Made by a program: the position numbers and the translations under genes
Notes under the pieces: model-generated
Databases searched by the model: none
What the model was told of the DNA's origin: nothing
The model's input: only the letters and a program-made list of their open reading frames with translations
Shown here: positions 24,598 to 36,591 of the stretch, in pieces
How the letters are laid out: the number at the start of each line of letters is the position of its first letter
Numbering within the stretch: position 1 is the first letter of the stretch
Assembly: GCA_951406725.2 (NCBI GenBank)
Contig: OX597837.1
Location: forward strand, 24,366,001-24,430,000
Length of the DNA stretch: 64,000 bases
Direction of reading: 5' to 3'
From: Octopus vulgaris
Lineage: Eukaryota

Positions 24598-25200
24598 ATT
24601 AGAAGGTTTGGAGGTGATGTACAGGTATTGTATATTAGAAGAAATAAGGTACTCAGAAATCTGGATGGTTTTTTTCTTTACAGATATTTATTAATATGTC
24701 ACATGTTTTATAAATCATATATTAGCGCTTGCATCTACTCCAGTAGAATCTCCAGATCAGCGCGCCAAAGTGAAGGCATTTGAAAGATACACATAAATAT
24801 AATTTGTTGAACTCTATGCATGCAGGATTTCGGTCAAGCATTCTATATCTAGTTCTGGAAATTGTATTTGTAAACGACAGACTATGCTGATGATCTTGCA
24901 GATGCTCGCGTATACATATACGTGAATATTAACAAGTGAAACTAATTAGTACATAGGTAATCGTTTTTTATTTTGTATATTTTCATTTGACTTGCTTATT
25001 TTTTACACTTTGGATTTTTGCTGAGTTTTTTCTTGAGAACACATTCTTCGTGGAAAATAGCGATTTTGACGTCTATATCTAGCATATTGACTGTCCACTT
25101 TTTAGTGGTCAGTCCTTTAAATTTTGTATGTAAAATATTTTAATCTTCGGATTTTTTTAATATGATAGGCCACTGGTTTTAATTGATTTTTACCCTTATT
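24598..25200. mobile_element. Penelope-like remnant(s) between TA tracts
   Basis: Contains the 24882 hammerhead. The left ~130 bp recur inverted at ~61265-61420. Confidence 0.4.
24882..24956 (+). ncRNA. Type I hammerhead ribozyme motif
   Basis: CTATG-CTGATGA-TCTTG...CAAGT-GAA-ACTAATTAGT-A-CATAG: complete core, stem I CTATG/CATAG, stem II CTTG/CAAG, palindromic stem III, GUA cleavage triplet. Confidence 0.75.
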
Positions 25201-25201
25201 C

Positions 25202-25234
<33 letters not shown>

Positions 25235-25599
25235 CAAATAAATGAATGAAAAAAAAACACACAAATTTCCACACGATAGCACGTGATCTCTGCCCTAGGC
25301 ATGTAGCTTCAACCGTGTTTTTCTGACGTGAATTTGCTACCCAGGTATCGGTTAACTGAATTATCCATAATAAGACAATTCATTCAACTACTCAATTATA
25401 TACATATATATATATATATTTACGGAGATATACTTGCATAGCGAGTGACTTGATCTGAGATCGTGTGCTGGAATGAAAACAATTGCAGCATGGAAGGTGT
25501 TTATAAGCCATTTAAGAAACACACGAAAACCGTTAGATTCACTTCAACATTTAAATTTAATTTGTCAAAATATTTTATATATTTTATACATAATGTTCT

Positions 25600-25638
<39 letters not shown>

Positions 25639-25942
25639 TGTTATATTCCGTTGTGGACATGGTAGAGTACAGTATAAAGGTTGTCCACCTTCAGAATTAC
25701 CTAGTACTATCGGTAGCATTATTATATGTATACCAAGTTTAAATCTGGGCATTCGTCGTATGTGAATATAAAATTGAAGGAATTGCAATCAAGAAAAAGT
25801 TGGACATTTATTTATTAATCATTTTAATTCTTTCGACAATATTGTTCTCAGTTGCCTAAATATAGATATATGTATATGCACATATGTACAGGAATGTATG
25901 TATGCATATGTGAGTGCATGTGTGTGTTTGTGCATATATATA

Positions 25943-25980
<38 letters not shown>

Positions 25981-25982
<2 letters not shown>

Positions 25983-26381
25983 CGCAGGAGTGGCTGTGTG
26001 GTAAGTAGCTTGCTAACCAACCACATGGTTCCGGGTTCAGTCCCACTGCGTGGCATCTTGGGCAAGTGTCTTCTACTATAGCCCCGGGCCGACCAATGCC
26101 TTGTGAGTGGATTTGGTAGACGGAAACTGAAAGAAGCCTGTCGTATATATGTATATATATATATGTATGTGTGTGTGTTTGTGTGACTGTGTTTGTCTTC
26201 CTAGCATTGCTTGACAACCGATGCTGGTGTGTTTACGTCCCCGTCACTTAGCGGTTCGGCAAAAGAGACCGATAGAATAAGTACTGGGCTTACAAAGAAT
26301 AAGTCCCGGGGTCGATTTGCTCGACTAAAGGTGGTGCTCCAGCATGGCCGCAGTCAAATGACTGAAACAAGTAAAAGAGTA
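25981..26381 (+). mobile_element. SINE family A (~400 bp, tRNA-like head, internal TA/TG tract, LINE-derived tail)
   Basis: Head GGCGCAGGAGTGGCTGTGTGGTAAG...GGTTCAGTCCC, tail ...GACTGAAACAAGTAAAAGAGT. At least 15 copies or fragments in the window. Confidence 0.9.
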
Positions 26382-26989
26382 TATACGCACACATATATAC
26401 ATATGCATAGGTTTGGTGATGCAAACAGTAAAAATAGAACTCAAAATATATGTATATTCCTTTTATTAAAATTTAACAGAAGCAACTCAAGGGCCAAGAG
26501 CTTTGTGCACTGGCACTTATCAAAATTGTTACAAATTGAAGAGTTGTGGAATAATATAACCAGTGAGAACAGTATTTCCATGGAAAGTTCTAGAACAAAT
26601 TATAAAAACAATTACAATGTCACATGGATAATTCGCCAACACTACACTTGATTCGCCAACACTACACTTGATTTTCTCTCCTCCATACACACACAAGCAT
26701 GTATCTGACTCATACACTGTTCACTTTCCAGACATTTCTACATTACTGCATGTACTTTATATGCACTTTCTGACAAGTTGTGGTGCACCTGAGCACTGTA
26801 TACAATAATTTCCTTATTATTATTATTATTATTATATTTTTCAAAGAGTTTGCTTGTTATGTTGCTCAATAAGTAAATAAATAAAGGAAAATTTGTGTAT
26901 ATTGCTGTTAAATGTTCTATGAACAACTTAAAGGCTGTAAGATGTGTCATGAACAGCTGCAACAGAAATTATGATGTCGTGGCCAGCAA

Positions 26990-27455
26990 GAACGGACACA
27001 GCATTCATTCTTACTGCGTCTGCATGCTAGAATTCATCCCACATCTTTGAAGAAGGCCTCAGGTTCAATTCCAAATGTCCATCTGAAGCTGCTGGAGATT
27101 GTCATCAATCTCTGGCTAGAGAGGGTTGCTGCAGGAAGGCCATATACGCAGCAGCAGGATTTGGTTCCATACCTCCAGAATGGGTCAGAAGTAGTTGTTA
27201 GAGAACTCCTATGACCTCACAGATCCAATTTCTGGAATCCTAATTCGCTTGATTATAATCCCATGGATTACTATGTGTGGGGTGCAATTGAGAAAGGCAC
27301 AAGCTATTCTGTCTGCAACACCAAAGTCAAGCTGGTGACCAAGATCAAGGAGGTGCCTGAAGATCTTCCCAGGGACACAGGGAAGAATGCATGAGATAGG
27401 TTCTGGAGCCATCCTCAGGCTATGGTGGAAGCTAAGGACGACTACTTAGAGTAAA
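26990..27455 (+). mobile_element. Mariner-like transposase relic
   Basis: Degenerate FWNPNSLDYNPMDYYVWGAIE, related to the 19593 fragment. Confidence 0.6.
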
Positions 27456-28359
27456 CTACTATTATTATTATCATCATTTAAGGTGCTAAGGGGGATAGGT
27501 GGGGGGGGGGGCGAAAGGGGTCTTGGGGAGTAGCGTACTTGCCTTCTTGAGCTAGTTTTCCACCACATTTCTTAAAAATCGTTGTAGAGTCCTTGGTCCC
27601 AGGACCACTCGTGTCTAGAAACTGAGGTTGAGGGTAAGCAAGGGCATGCACCCAATAGAAAATCCAGCTCAAAAACAAAAAAAGAACCTCATTGGAGGGT
27701 TGTCTTGAGAATGGAGGACACCCAAAACCAGGCAAGATTGTGAGAGGTTGTGAGGGCAGTTACTATGGCATTGAGGTAGATCTGGCCACCCCCATTAACA
27801 GAGACAAAACTTGGATTTAAAACACTGGATGATGATGATGATAAGGTGGCATGCTGGCAGAATCATTAGCCTGCCCAGTAAAATGCTCAGCAGCATTTCA
27901 TCCATCTTTACATTCTGTGTTCAAATTGTGCCAAGGTTAACTTTGCCTTTGATCCTTTCAGAGTCAAAAATTTGAAACCATTATTATTATTATTATAATT
28001 TCATGTTTGACTTTTGCTTTATATTTGTACAAGTTGGCTCCAAGTCTCACCCAGAGACCTCAAGAGACAACAGGTTGGAAGTTCATGTTGTTGTTATGCC
28101 TAGTGTGCCATATATTTGGGGGGGGGGGTTGGTGTTGTACTAATGAATGTCTAAAAAAAAAAAAATATTATTATTATTATTATTATTATCCAAAAGGCTG
28201 GATGCTCACCTGATTCGTTTAAGAGCTTTTTGTAATTTATGTCTTTTTTATTTGTGGATAAAATGTGTCCAAGATGATGTAAGGCTAAGCATTAATCACA
28301 CAAATTAGTCACAGATGGCCACATTGTATTGCTGTGTTTCTCTGTCGAGACACAAAGAG

Positions 28360-28394
<35 letters not shown>

Positions 28395-28857
28395 ATTCAC
28401 CAGCTGTTAATCTAGTTTAAAAGGTGTACATCCATGCACCAGCTGTTAACATCTACTTTAGAGCAATATTCCCTATTCAATACTATTTGATGTATTTGAG
28501 ATATAGATAAATCATGAGACTGAAACAAGAAACCTCCTTTTTTTCCCTGTGGTATGCACAGGTTATTCTTATGTTTTAAATGAGATTTTATTATCCAAAG
28601 CATAAGTTTACACAATTGCTATTCCACAGGTGGTGCCACTGATGTCACATTTTATAATGATGCTTCTTTTTATTTTTCTTGGTCGTATTATATTACGTGA
28701 AAGTGTGTAACCTTGTGGTTAGGGTATTCAACCTGCAATCATGAGGTCATGAGTTCGAGTCCCAGCAGCATGTTGTGTCCTTGAGCAAGACACTTCATTT
28801 CATGTTGCTTCAGTCCACTCAGCTGACAAAAATAAGAGTTGTACAAGTTGGCAAGTG

Positions 28858-29231
28858 AAAATCCAAAATCGAAATCGAAATCGATCAACATCAATGGAAA
28901 TTGCAGCTGTGATACCAGTGCCGGTGGTATGTAAGAGAACCATCCAAACGTGGCCGTTGCCAGCGCCACCCCAACTGGCCTCGTACTGGTGGCACGTAAA
29001 AAGCACCATCTGATCGTGGCCATTTGCCAGCCTTGTCTGGCACCTGTGCCGGTGGCACGTAAAAAGCACCCACTAAACTCACGGAGTGGTTGGCGTTAGG
29101 AAGGGCATCCAGCTGTAGAAACATTGCCAGATCAGACTGGGCCTGGTGCAGCCTTCTGGCTTCCCAGACCCCAGTTGAACCGTCCAACCCATGCTAGCAT
29201 GGAAAGTGGATGCTAAACGATGATGATGATG
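28858..29231 (+). mobile_element. Family C
   Basis: Nested in a family B-variant SINE. Confidence 0.85.
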
Positions 29232-29595
29232 TACCTGTAGTTCAAAGGGCTAGCCTCATCACATTCTATGTCAAGCTGAATCTCCATTAGATCTAGGTTA
29301 AAGGTATGCCTGTCTGTGGAGTACTCAACCACTTTCACATTAATTTCACAAGCAGGTTGTTCTGTTGATCAGATCAACTGGAACCCTCGTCGTCCTAACC
29401 GATTGAGTGCCAGTTATTATATTACTGTGAGATAGAAAGTGAGCAGGTGGAAAGTGCAAAGAAGGGATATAAAGAAGGAAAGACCAAAATGTAAATAAAG
29501 AATCTCAACTAACCCTGATTGTTAAATGGTATATATATATACATTTAAATATTTGTTGTGCAAGATTTTTTATGTGAAGTCGTGTGTTGAAACAG

Positions 29596-29961
29596 ATATT
29601 GTTATATTTCGGAATGGTCATATTGCCAGTTTAGCCAATAAAAACACACGCACTATATATTTGGTGTTATTTTGCTTCAGTGTTATTTATTTTTTACATT
29701 AATCTTAATCTTATTTCGGCCAGAGTTCTTTCGTCACACTCCTGTGACCGCATCAGTGGTCCTTTGTTTTCTTCTTTCCTATTTGTGTCTCTCCTTACTA
29801 ACCGTCAGCCATACAAAATGTGACGAAAGAACTCTGGCTGAAATAAGATTAAGATTAATGTAAAAAATAAATAACACTGAAGCAAAATAACACCAAATAT
29901 ATAGTGCGTGTGTTTTTATTGGCTAAACTGGCAATATGACCATTCCGAAATATAACAATAT
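29596..29961. repeat. Long inverted repeat (arms ~143 bp, spacer ~80 bp)
   Basis: 29596-29738 is the reverse complement of 29819-29961, with one mismatch seen. Confidence 0.92.
29720..29759 (-). ncRNA. Type I hammerhead-like motif, core variant (CTGATGC)
   Basis: CCA-CTGATGC-G-GTCAC-AGGAGT-GTGAC-GAA-AGAACT-C-TGG. Confidence 0.45.
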
Positions 29962-30058
29962 ATATATAGGGAGAGTTTACAAAAAGAACAAAAGATGAAG
30001 AGAGGTGGTGTACAAAACAAACAGGTGTATTAGTATAACACTCAGGAATAAAAAAAGT

Positions 30059-30094
30059 CTTTTACGTTTTGAGCCTATGCTCTTCTACAGAAAG
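30059..30094 (-). ncRNA. Degenerate minimal hammerhead motif
   Basis: CTTT-CTGTAGA-A-GAGC-ATAG-GCTC-AAA-ACGT-A-AAAG: same layout as 63791, with two core substitutions. Confidence 0.35.
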
Positions 30095-30479
30095 GGACAC
30101 AGAAGAAACAAGGAGAAAAAAAAATGTGTGTAATGGCTAATATATTTTTATGGTGTGTATCTTTGTGTTTGTCTCCCTGCCATTGCTTGACAACAGATGT
30201 TGGTGTGTTTACATCCAAGTAACTTAGCAGTTCGGCAAAAGAGACCGACAGAATGAATACATGGTAGAGTACAGTATAAAGGTTGCCCACCTTCAGAATT
30301 ACCTAGTACTATTGGTAGTATTTTTACATACTTCCAAATATGTGTATATTGCTGCTAAATGCTCTATGAACATTGTAGAAGCTGTAAGATGTGACATGAA
30401 CAGCTGCAACAGAAATTATGAAGTTGTGGCCAGCAATCCTGGGGTTGATTTCTTCGATTAAAAAACCCTACAAAGATTA

Positions 30480-31160
30480 AAAAACTGCTACAAAGGCAAA
30501 GAAGATGCCTTCAAAAGAACCGACTACAAAGGAATCAAGCCACTGGATCGGGTTATGAAAGTCACAGAGAGAATGTCATAGAACAACTGATCTGTGACAG
30601 AGTAAACCTAGATGGGATGTAGTTTGGCTTTGTATCAGGAAGAGGTAGGAACCACAGATGCAATCTTCCCAGTGAAGCAACTGCAGAAGAAATACTTGCC
30701 TAAGAATAAGTCACTATTCTTGGCTTTTGATTTGGAGATGGTGTTTAACAGGATACCATTCAGTAATTTGGTGGTCACTGAATAAACAAAGATGCAGTGA
30801 GTAAAGTGAGACTCAACAACGATTTCGGTGATAAATTTAGTGTGAAGCTAGTTCATTAGAGTTCAGTTCCCAGTCCTCTCTTATTTGTCATAACCTCACA
30901 GGCAATTAATGAACAGATTAAGACTGGTTCTCCATGGGAAAGGGAAAAGCTATAAACTGATAACCTAGTTCTCATAGCTGAATCTATAAAGGGATTAGAA
31001 GAAAGAATCCAACCATGCAAGCTAAAACTAGAATCAAAAATCCTCAAGATGAATTTAACAAAGACTGAGGTTTTAATAAGTAGGAAAGAAGTAAGACCCA
31101 AGTAACTTCAAGGAAATGACCTTGCTTAATATGCAGGAAAGGGGTAGGTATAAACTCCAT
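30480..31160 (+). mobile_element. Degenerate RTE RT fragment
   Basis: Homologous to 35230-35620 (YKGIK, FGFV, TTDAIF). Confidence 0.7.
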
Positions 31161-31200
31161 TTGTTAAATAACATGTTTTGTCTTCCCATTCGGAGAATTA

Positions 31201-32746
31201 CCATAAAACGCATGTAATTAGTGCAACTACGTAATTTACACAGGTGATTTCCAGGATAAAAATTGTTAAAAAAAGCTTCTACTCGTGTAAAATTCGCACC
31301 CAAAAGTTTTCAGAATTGGCAATATGGCCAGGGGGAAAAGATCTTCAGTTCAGTTGTATTTAGCATAATTTCACTTATGATTTGATTTTATTAAATTTTC
31401 ACTGAATAAAAATAATTTCTGTTTAACTAGTATCACATTGAAAGCTATTAAATTATGAAGTGTTTGTGTTGTTTATAATAAACTTTATTTTACATTTCTT
31501 GCCCACAAGAGATTATGTCCAATCTTTAACAACATACTTCTGTATGTCTTCTCATAATCACAATCACAGGAAAAGTTGTTGATATTTCTTATCAACAAAA
31601 ACAAAGCTGATAAATATGTACAAGTGTTGCAAAATAAGTTTAACTACCAATAAACATCAGCTTGGATGACACTTTACTCAACCAACAGAGGAAGACGGCC
31701 GATCAAACTGGTTATGTAAATAGAATTCTGATTGGTCGAAAGCGTCTTCTTGTCTCAAGCTCTAATTTTCTGCCTATTCTTGTTGGAACCTTTGATACAG
31801 AGTACCAAAATTTTAATCCCTTACACAATTGTAAAATGTCATGCAAACTTTAAAATTTGTCATTACCATTTTAGCTGGGAGACCAAATTGAGAGTTTGGT
31901 AAACTGCTAAAATAAACATTAAAAATCGAAAGGAGAAAATAAATACCTTTGGAGGTTTAACTCAATGTTTATCGAACAAGAGAGGTGCAAAATATAAGAA
32001 GTGACTTGTTAGAATATACATGTCTGTGAGTAGACATAAACAAGAATAGCAAAAATCTACTGCACCAAAAGAACTGGTAATACATACATTACAAGTGTTC
32101 TGTGAAGAGAACATAAGATTGCTGCATAATTCAACCTGAATGTGAAATGACATTAAACATCGTATAAGGTAAAAGAAGGTTTCTGTAGGAATGCTAAGTC
32201 ATATTCACTTAGTGAGTTTACATGCACAAGGATGAATTATGATGTTGTCGTCGACGTTAGATGCAGTAAGAGCTGGGAGCAGCGATGTCAGGAGTGATGA
32301 ATTTCATTGACTTAACCGGGAGAAAGCGAGCAATAGCTTCCTGGAGGCAAACGCAAGCTAGACTTCTTAGGCAGAGAAAAACTGATCTATTTAAGGGAAT
32401 TGCTGGGCTCCATTGCAATAGGTAGGGACTCCAAGCAATGTAAAATATGGCCAGGACTGTGATTACCACCATGAACATCAAACTTCAAAATTTAGTTAAC
32501 CATTTAATGGTTTTAGTAAATTTATACAGAAAAAGTAAGCATTATACCATCCAGCATAAATAAAAGTCAACTTCCTTATATTTTTTCTGCAAAAACCTAT
32601 TCTGACATTAAATGAGTCAACTTCCTGTACATCATTTTCCAACCAAAAAAAAATTCTGGAAATGATCTACTCATGTAATTTATGCACCCCTAAAGTTTAT
32701 TTTTATCTTTGCGAAAAAAGGGTGTAAATTACAAGGGTTTTTACAA
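31201..32746. mobile_element. Possible degenerate Tc2/pogo-type DNA element
   Basis: Weak TA-flanked inverted termini (CCATAAAACGCATGTAATT / AATTACAAGGGTTTTTACAA) and subterminal GTAA..TCGCACCC-like motifs. No transposase seen. Confidence 0.3.
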
Positions 32747-33020
32747 TATGTTAAGGGTAAGCAAGTCTGTGGAGTGCTCAGCCACTTGCACGTTAATTTC
32801 ATGAGCAAGCTGTTCCATTTATTGGATCAACTGGAACCTTTGTTATAACCGACTGAGTGCCAGTATGTATTTGCATTCATTTAAAATGTTATCAAGATAC
32901 ACTTGACATTATTCTTGAAAAGTAAATATCAGTTTCCTGTAATGCCATGTCATGGTAATGCTGAACATTATCATGATAAGATAAACTTGAAACTTATGCT
33001 ATTAAACAAAGGTCATATAT

Positions 33021-33605
33021 ATTCTTTTCTACTCTAGGCACATGGCCCAAAATTTTAGTGGAGGGGGTCAGTTGATTAGATCAACCCCAGTACGCAACTG
33101 GTACTTAATATATCAACCCCGAAAGGATGAAAGGCAAAGTCAACCTCAGCGGAATTTGAACTCAGAACGTAAAGACAGATGAAATATCTATTTCTTTACT
33201 ATCCACAAGGGGCTAAACACAGAGAGGACAAACAAGGACAGACAAACAGATTAAGTCGATTATATCAACCCCAGTGCGTAACTGGTTCTTATTTAATCGA
33301 CCCCGAAAGGAGGAAAGGCAAAGTCAACCTCAGCGGAATTTGAACTCAGAACGTAAAGACAGATGAAATACCTATTTCTTTACTACCCACAAGGGGCTAA
33401 ACACAGAGAGGACAAACAAGAACATACAAACGGATTGAGTCGATTATATCAACCCCAGTGCGTAACTGGTTTTTAGTTAATCGACCCCAAAAGGATGAAA
33501 GGCAAAGTCGACCTTGGCAGAATTTGAACTCAGAACATAGCGGCAGACGAAATACTGCTAAGCATTTCGTCCGACGTGCTAATGTTTCTGCCAGCTTGCC
33601 CCCTT
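33021..33605 (-). mobile_element. Head-to-tail trimer of SINE family D
   Basis: Three cores with ~182-bp period and a single head at ~33600. Confidence 0.85.
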
Positions 33606-34037
33606 TCAGCAAAGGTCATATATTGATTGACTGTGAATGTGTGTGTAAACACACCTTAGCAGTATACTAACATAATATATATATATAGTTGATGTTTCAT
33701 TCAAACTATGAAAGCTGTAAAATTAGTAATAAGTAATGGTACACCTGTTACATTTGTTTTGCATTTTCATACAATTAATTGTTGTCCTCATCAATTATTT
33801 TTCAAAAACATTTACAAAACTGATCCAATTCATTGATGAGAGAATTTCAAAAAATGTTAGCTGTGGCTGTGTGGTAAGAAGCTTGCTTCCCAACCACATG
33901 GTTCTGGGTTCAGGCCTACTGCATGGCACCTTGGGCAAGTGTCTTCTATTATAACCTCAAGTCAACCAAAGCCTTGTGAGTGGATTTGGTAGATAGAAAC
34001 TGAAAGAAACCCATATATCTACATCTATCTATCTATC

Positions 34038-34077
<40 letters not shown>

Positions 34078-34124
34078 CAGAGATAAGAAAGATAGTTAAT
34101 ATAGATAGTTTTTTTACTTTTTAC

Positions 34125-34166
<42 letters not shown>

Positions 34167-34169
<3 letters not shown>

Positions 34170-35883
34170 CTAATTGGTAACACTAACTTCAGGAAACCGA
34201 CAAGCCACTTGGTCACCTACCGTTCGGGCCAGCATACTAGCCAAATCGACTACATCCTTGCCAGAAAAAGGGAAAGACGGCTGCTTATAAATGCCAAAAC
34301 CTTCCCAGGCGAAGAATGTACCCCACAACATAGACTGGTAGTCAGTGACTTTAGGATCAGGACTAAGAGGATGACTAGAAGACGACCAACATGGAGAAGA
34401 AGGGTCTGGAAGCTTAAAGACCCTGCAAATGGACAGAGATTTAGAGACATGTTACTTGAAGCCTTCGACGAAATAGAAGTGGGTATAGCTACACATGGGG
34501 TAGAAGATAACTGGGCGCTTCTAAGGGACAACCTGCTGAAAGTCACTGACCAGATCTGTGGCTGGTGCAAAGTTCACACAAGACCCAAAATAACGTGGTG
34601 GTGGAACAACACTGTTGACAGGGCTATTAGACAAAAGAAACAGGCTTGGAAGGACTGGAAGAACAGTGGTAGCAGGGAAGTGTATCAGACTGCAAGAAGG
34701 GAAGCTAGGAGGCAGGTGTATTTAGCCAGAGGGGAAGCAGATAAGAAAAAATTTGCCAATGTCCTGCGCCGTGAGGATGAAAGACTTGAGGTATTTCGTA
34801 TAGCAAGACAGTGTGTGAGAGAGAATCGTGACGTGGTAGGAGAAAAATGTGTTCGCACAGATGACGGCTCACATGCGCTAAATGAGGATGCAAAGAGAGA
34901 GGTTTGGAGACGCCACTATGAAAGGTTGCTGAATGAGGAAAATGAATGGGATAAAGAGAGTCTGCCGAATGTTGACCCAACAGAGGGACCAGCAATCCGA
35001 GTTGACAGTTCCTAAGTAGTTAAGGCAATTACAAGCATGAAAACAGGGAAAGCCCCAGGCCCATCAGGAATTACTGCAGAGATGCTCAAAATATCTGGTA
35101 GTGTCGGCTATAGCCTAGTCACCCGTATAGTTAACCAGGTGATACACGAAGGAGTCATACCCAATGACTGGTGTAGCAGCATAATAGTCAACTGCTACAA
35201 AGGTAAAGGTGACGCCCTAGATACAAATAACTACAGGGGTATCAAGCTGCTGGATCAGGTAATGAAGGTTACGGAGAGGGTTATAGCCCAACTAATTAGA
35301 GAGAGAGTTAGCTTAGATCAGATGCAGTTTGGGTTCGTGCCAGGGAAAAGTACTACTGATGCTATTTTCCTGGTAAGACAGCTGCAGGAGAAATACCTAG
35401 CCAAAGACAAGCCCCTATACCTGGCTTTTGCTGATATGGAGAAAGCCTTCAACAGGGTCCCCCGATCCCTTATCTGGTGGTCAATGAGGAAACTAGGGAT
35501 AGATGAATGGTTAGTGAGAGCTGTACAAGCCATGTACAGAGACGCTGCTAGTAAGGTGAGAGTTAGCATCGAGTACAGTGAAGAATTCAGGGTAGACGTT
35601 GGGGCCCACCAAGGTTCAGCCTTGCCTGGCCCCCGTGCCGGTGGCACATAAAAGCACCATCCGTTCGTGGCCGTTTGCCAGCTCTGTCTGGCACCTGTGA
35701 GGGTGGCACGTAAAAAGCACCCACTACACTCACGGAGTGGTTGGCGTTAGGAAGGGCATCCAGCCGTAGAAACACTGCCAGATCTGACTGGGCCTTTTGA
35801 AGCTTTCCGGCTTCACAGACCCCAGTTGAACCGTCCAACCCATGCTAGCATGGAAAACGGACGCTAAATGATGATGATGATGA
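34167..35883 (+). mobile_element. RTE-clade LINE, 5'-truncated and internally deleted
   Basis: End of APE domain (SQIDYIL, QHRLVV) and RT motifs KAPGPSG, NYRGIKLL, QFGF, DMEKAF. One in-frame stop. Jumps from HQGS to the 3' end with a (GAT)n tail. Confidence 0.92.
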
Positions 35884-35929
35884 TATATATATATATATAA
35901 ATTAGAAAAAAACCCACCTTTTATCAATT

Positions 35930-36234
35930 CAATAATGGAAAATTAAATTATACCATTTAGAAAAATTACATATTATAGAAAGATTAAATATAAGATAAAA
36001 CATGTAACAATGATTAAGTAATGTGCAAAATAGTAAATAAAACGTATATATTTTTGGTATATATACCAAAAAATAGTAAATAAAACGTATATATTTTTGG
36101 TACATATACCAAAAAATATACAATTTATTTACTATTTTGCACATTACTTAATCATTGTTATATGTTTTATCTTATATATAATCTATCTATAATATGTAAT
36201 TTTTCTAAATGGTATAATTTAATTTTTCATTATT
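35930..36234. repeat. AT-rich fold-back repeat with duplicated central hairpin
   Basis: Arms ~35930-36040 and ~36124-36234. The centre has two copies of TATTTTTGGTAYATATACCAAAAAATA. Confidence 0.9.
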
Positions 36235-36591
36235 GCTTCCAGTTTCCAGCTACCAAATCACTTCACAAGACTTTAGTAGGCTCAAGGCTACTAGAAGACA
36301 CTTGCTCAAAGTACCACACAATGGGACTGAACCCATAACCATGTGGTTGGGAAGTAAGCTTCTTACCATACAGCCACACATTTTATTTTCAATGTTAGTA
36401 AAATTCTACTTTTGTGACCCCTTTCAAAACTAGACCAACACTTGTTCAGGCAGGAAACTAGTGCCCAAGATAAACTTGGTATAGCCTTTACTAATTACTG
36501 AGTGAATGTACTAATTCATCATCATCTGGCATGAGTTGGACAGATTGACCTGGGCTGGCAAGCTGGAAGGCTGCACCAGACACCAACCACT

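Noticed and set aside
31691-31750. Hairpin containing GAAA and GTC as a hammerhead
   Set aside because: No CTGANGA strand. Likewise isolated CTGATGA at ~18368, ~46434 and ~58222 lack the partner stems.
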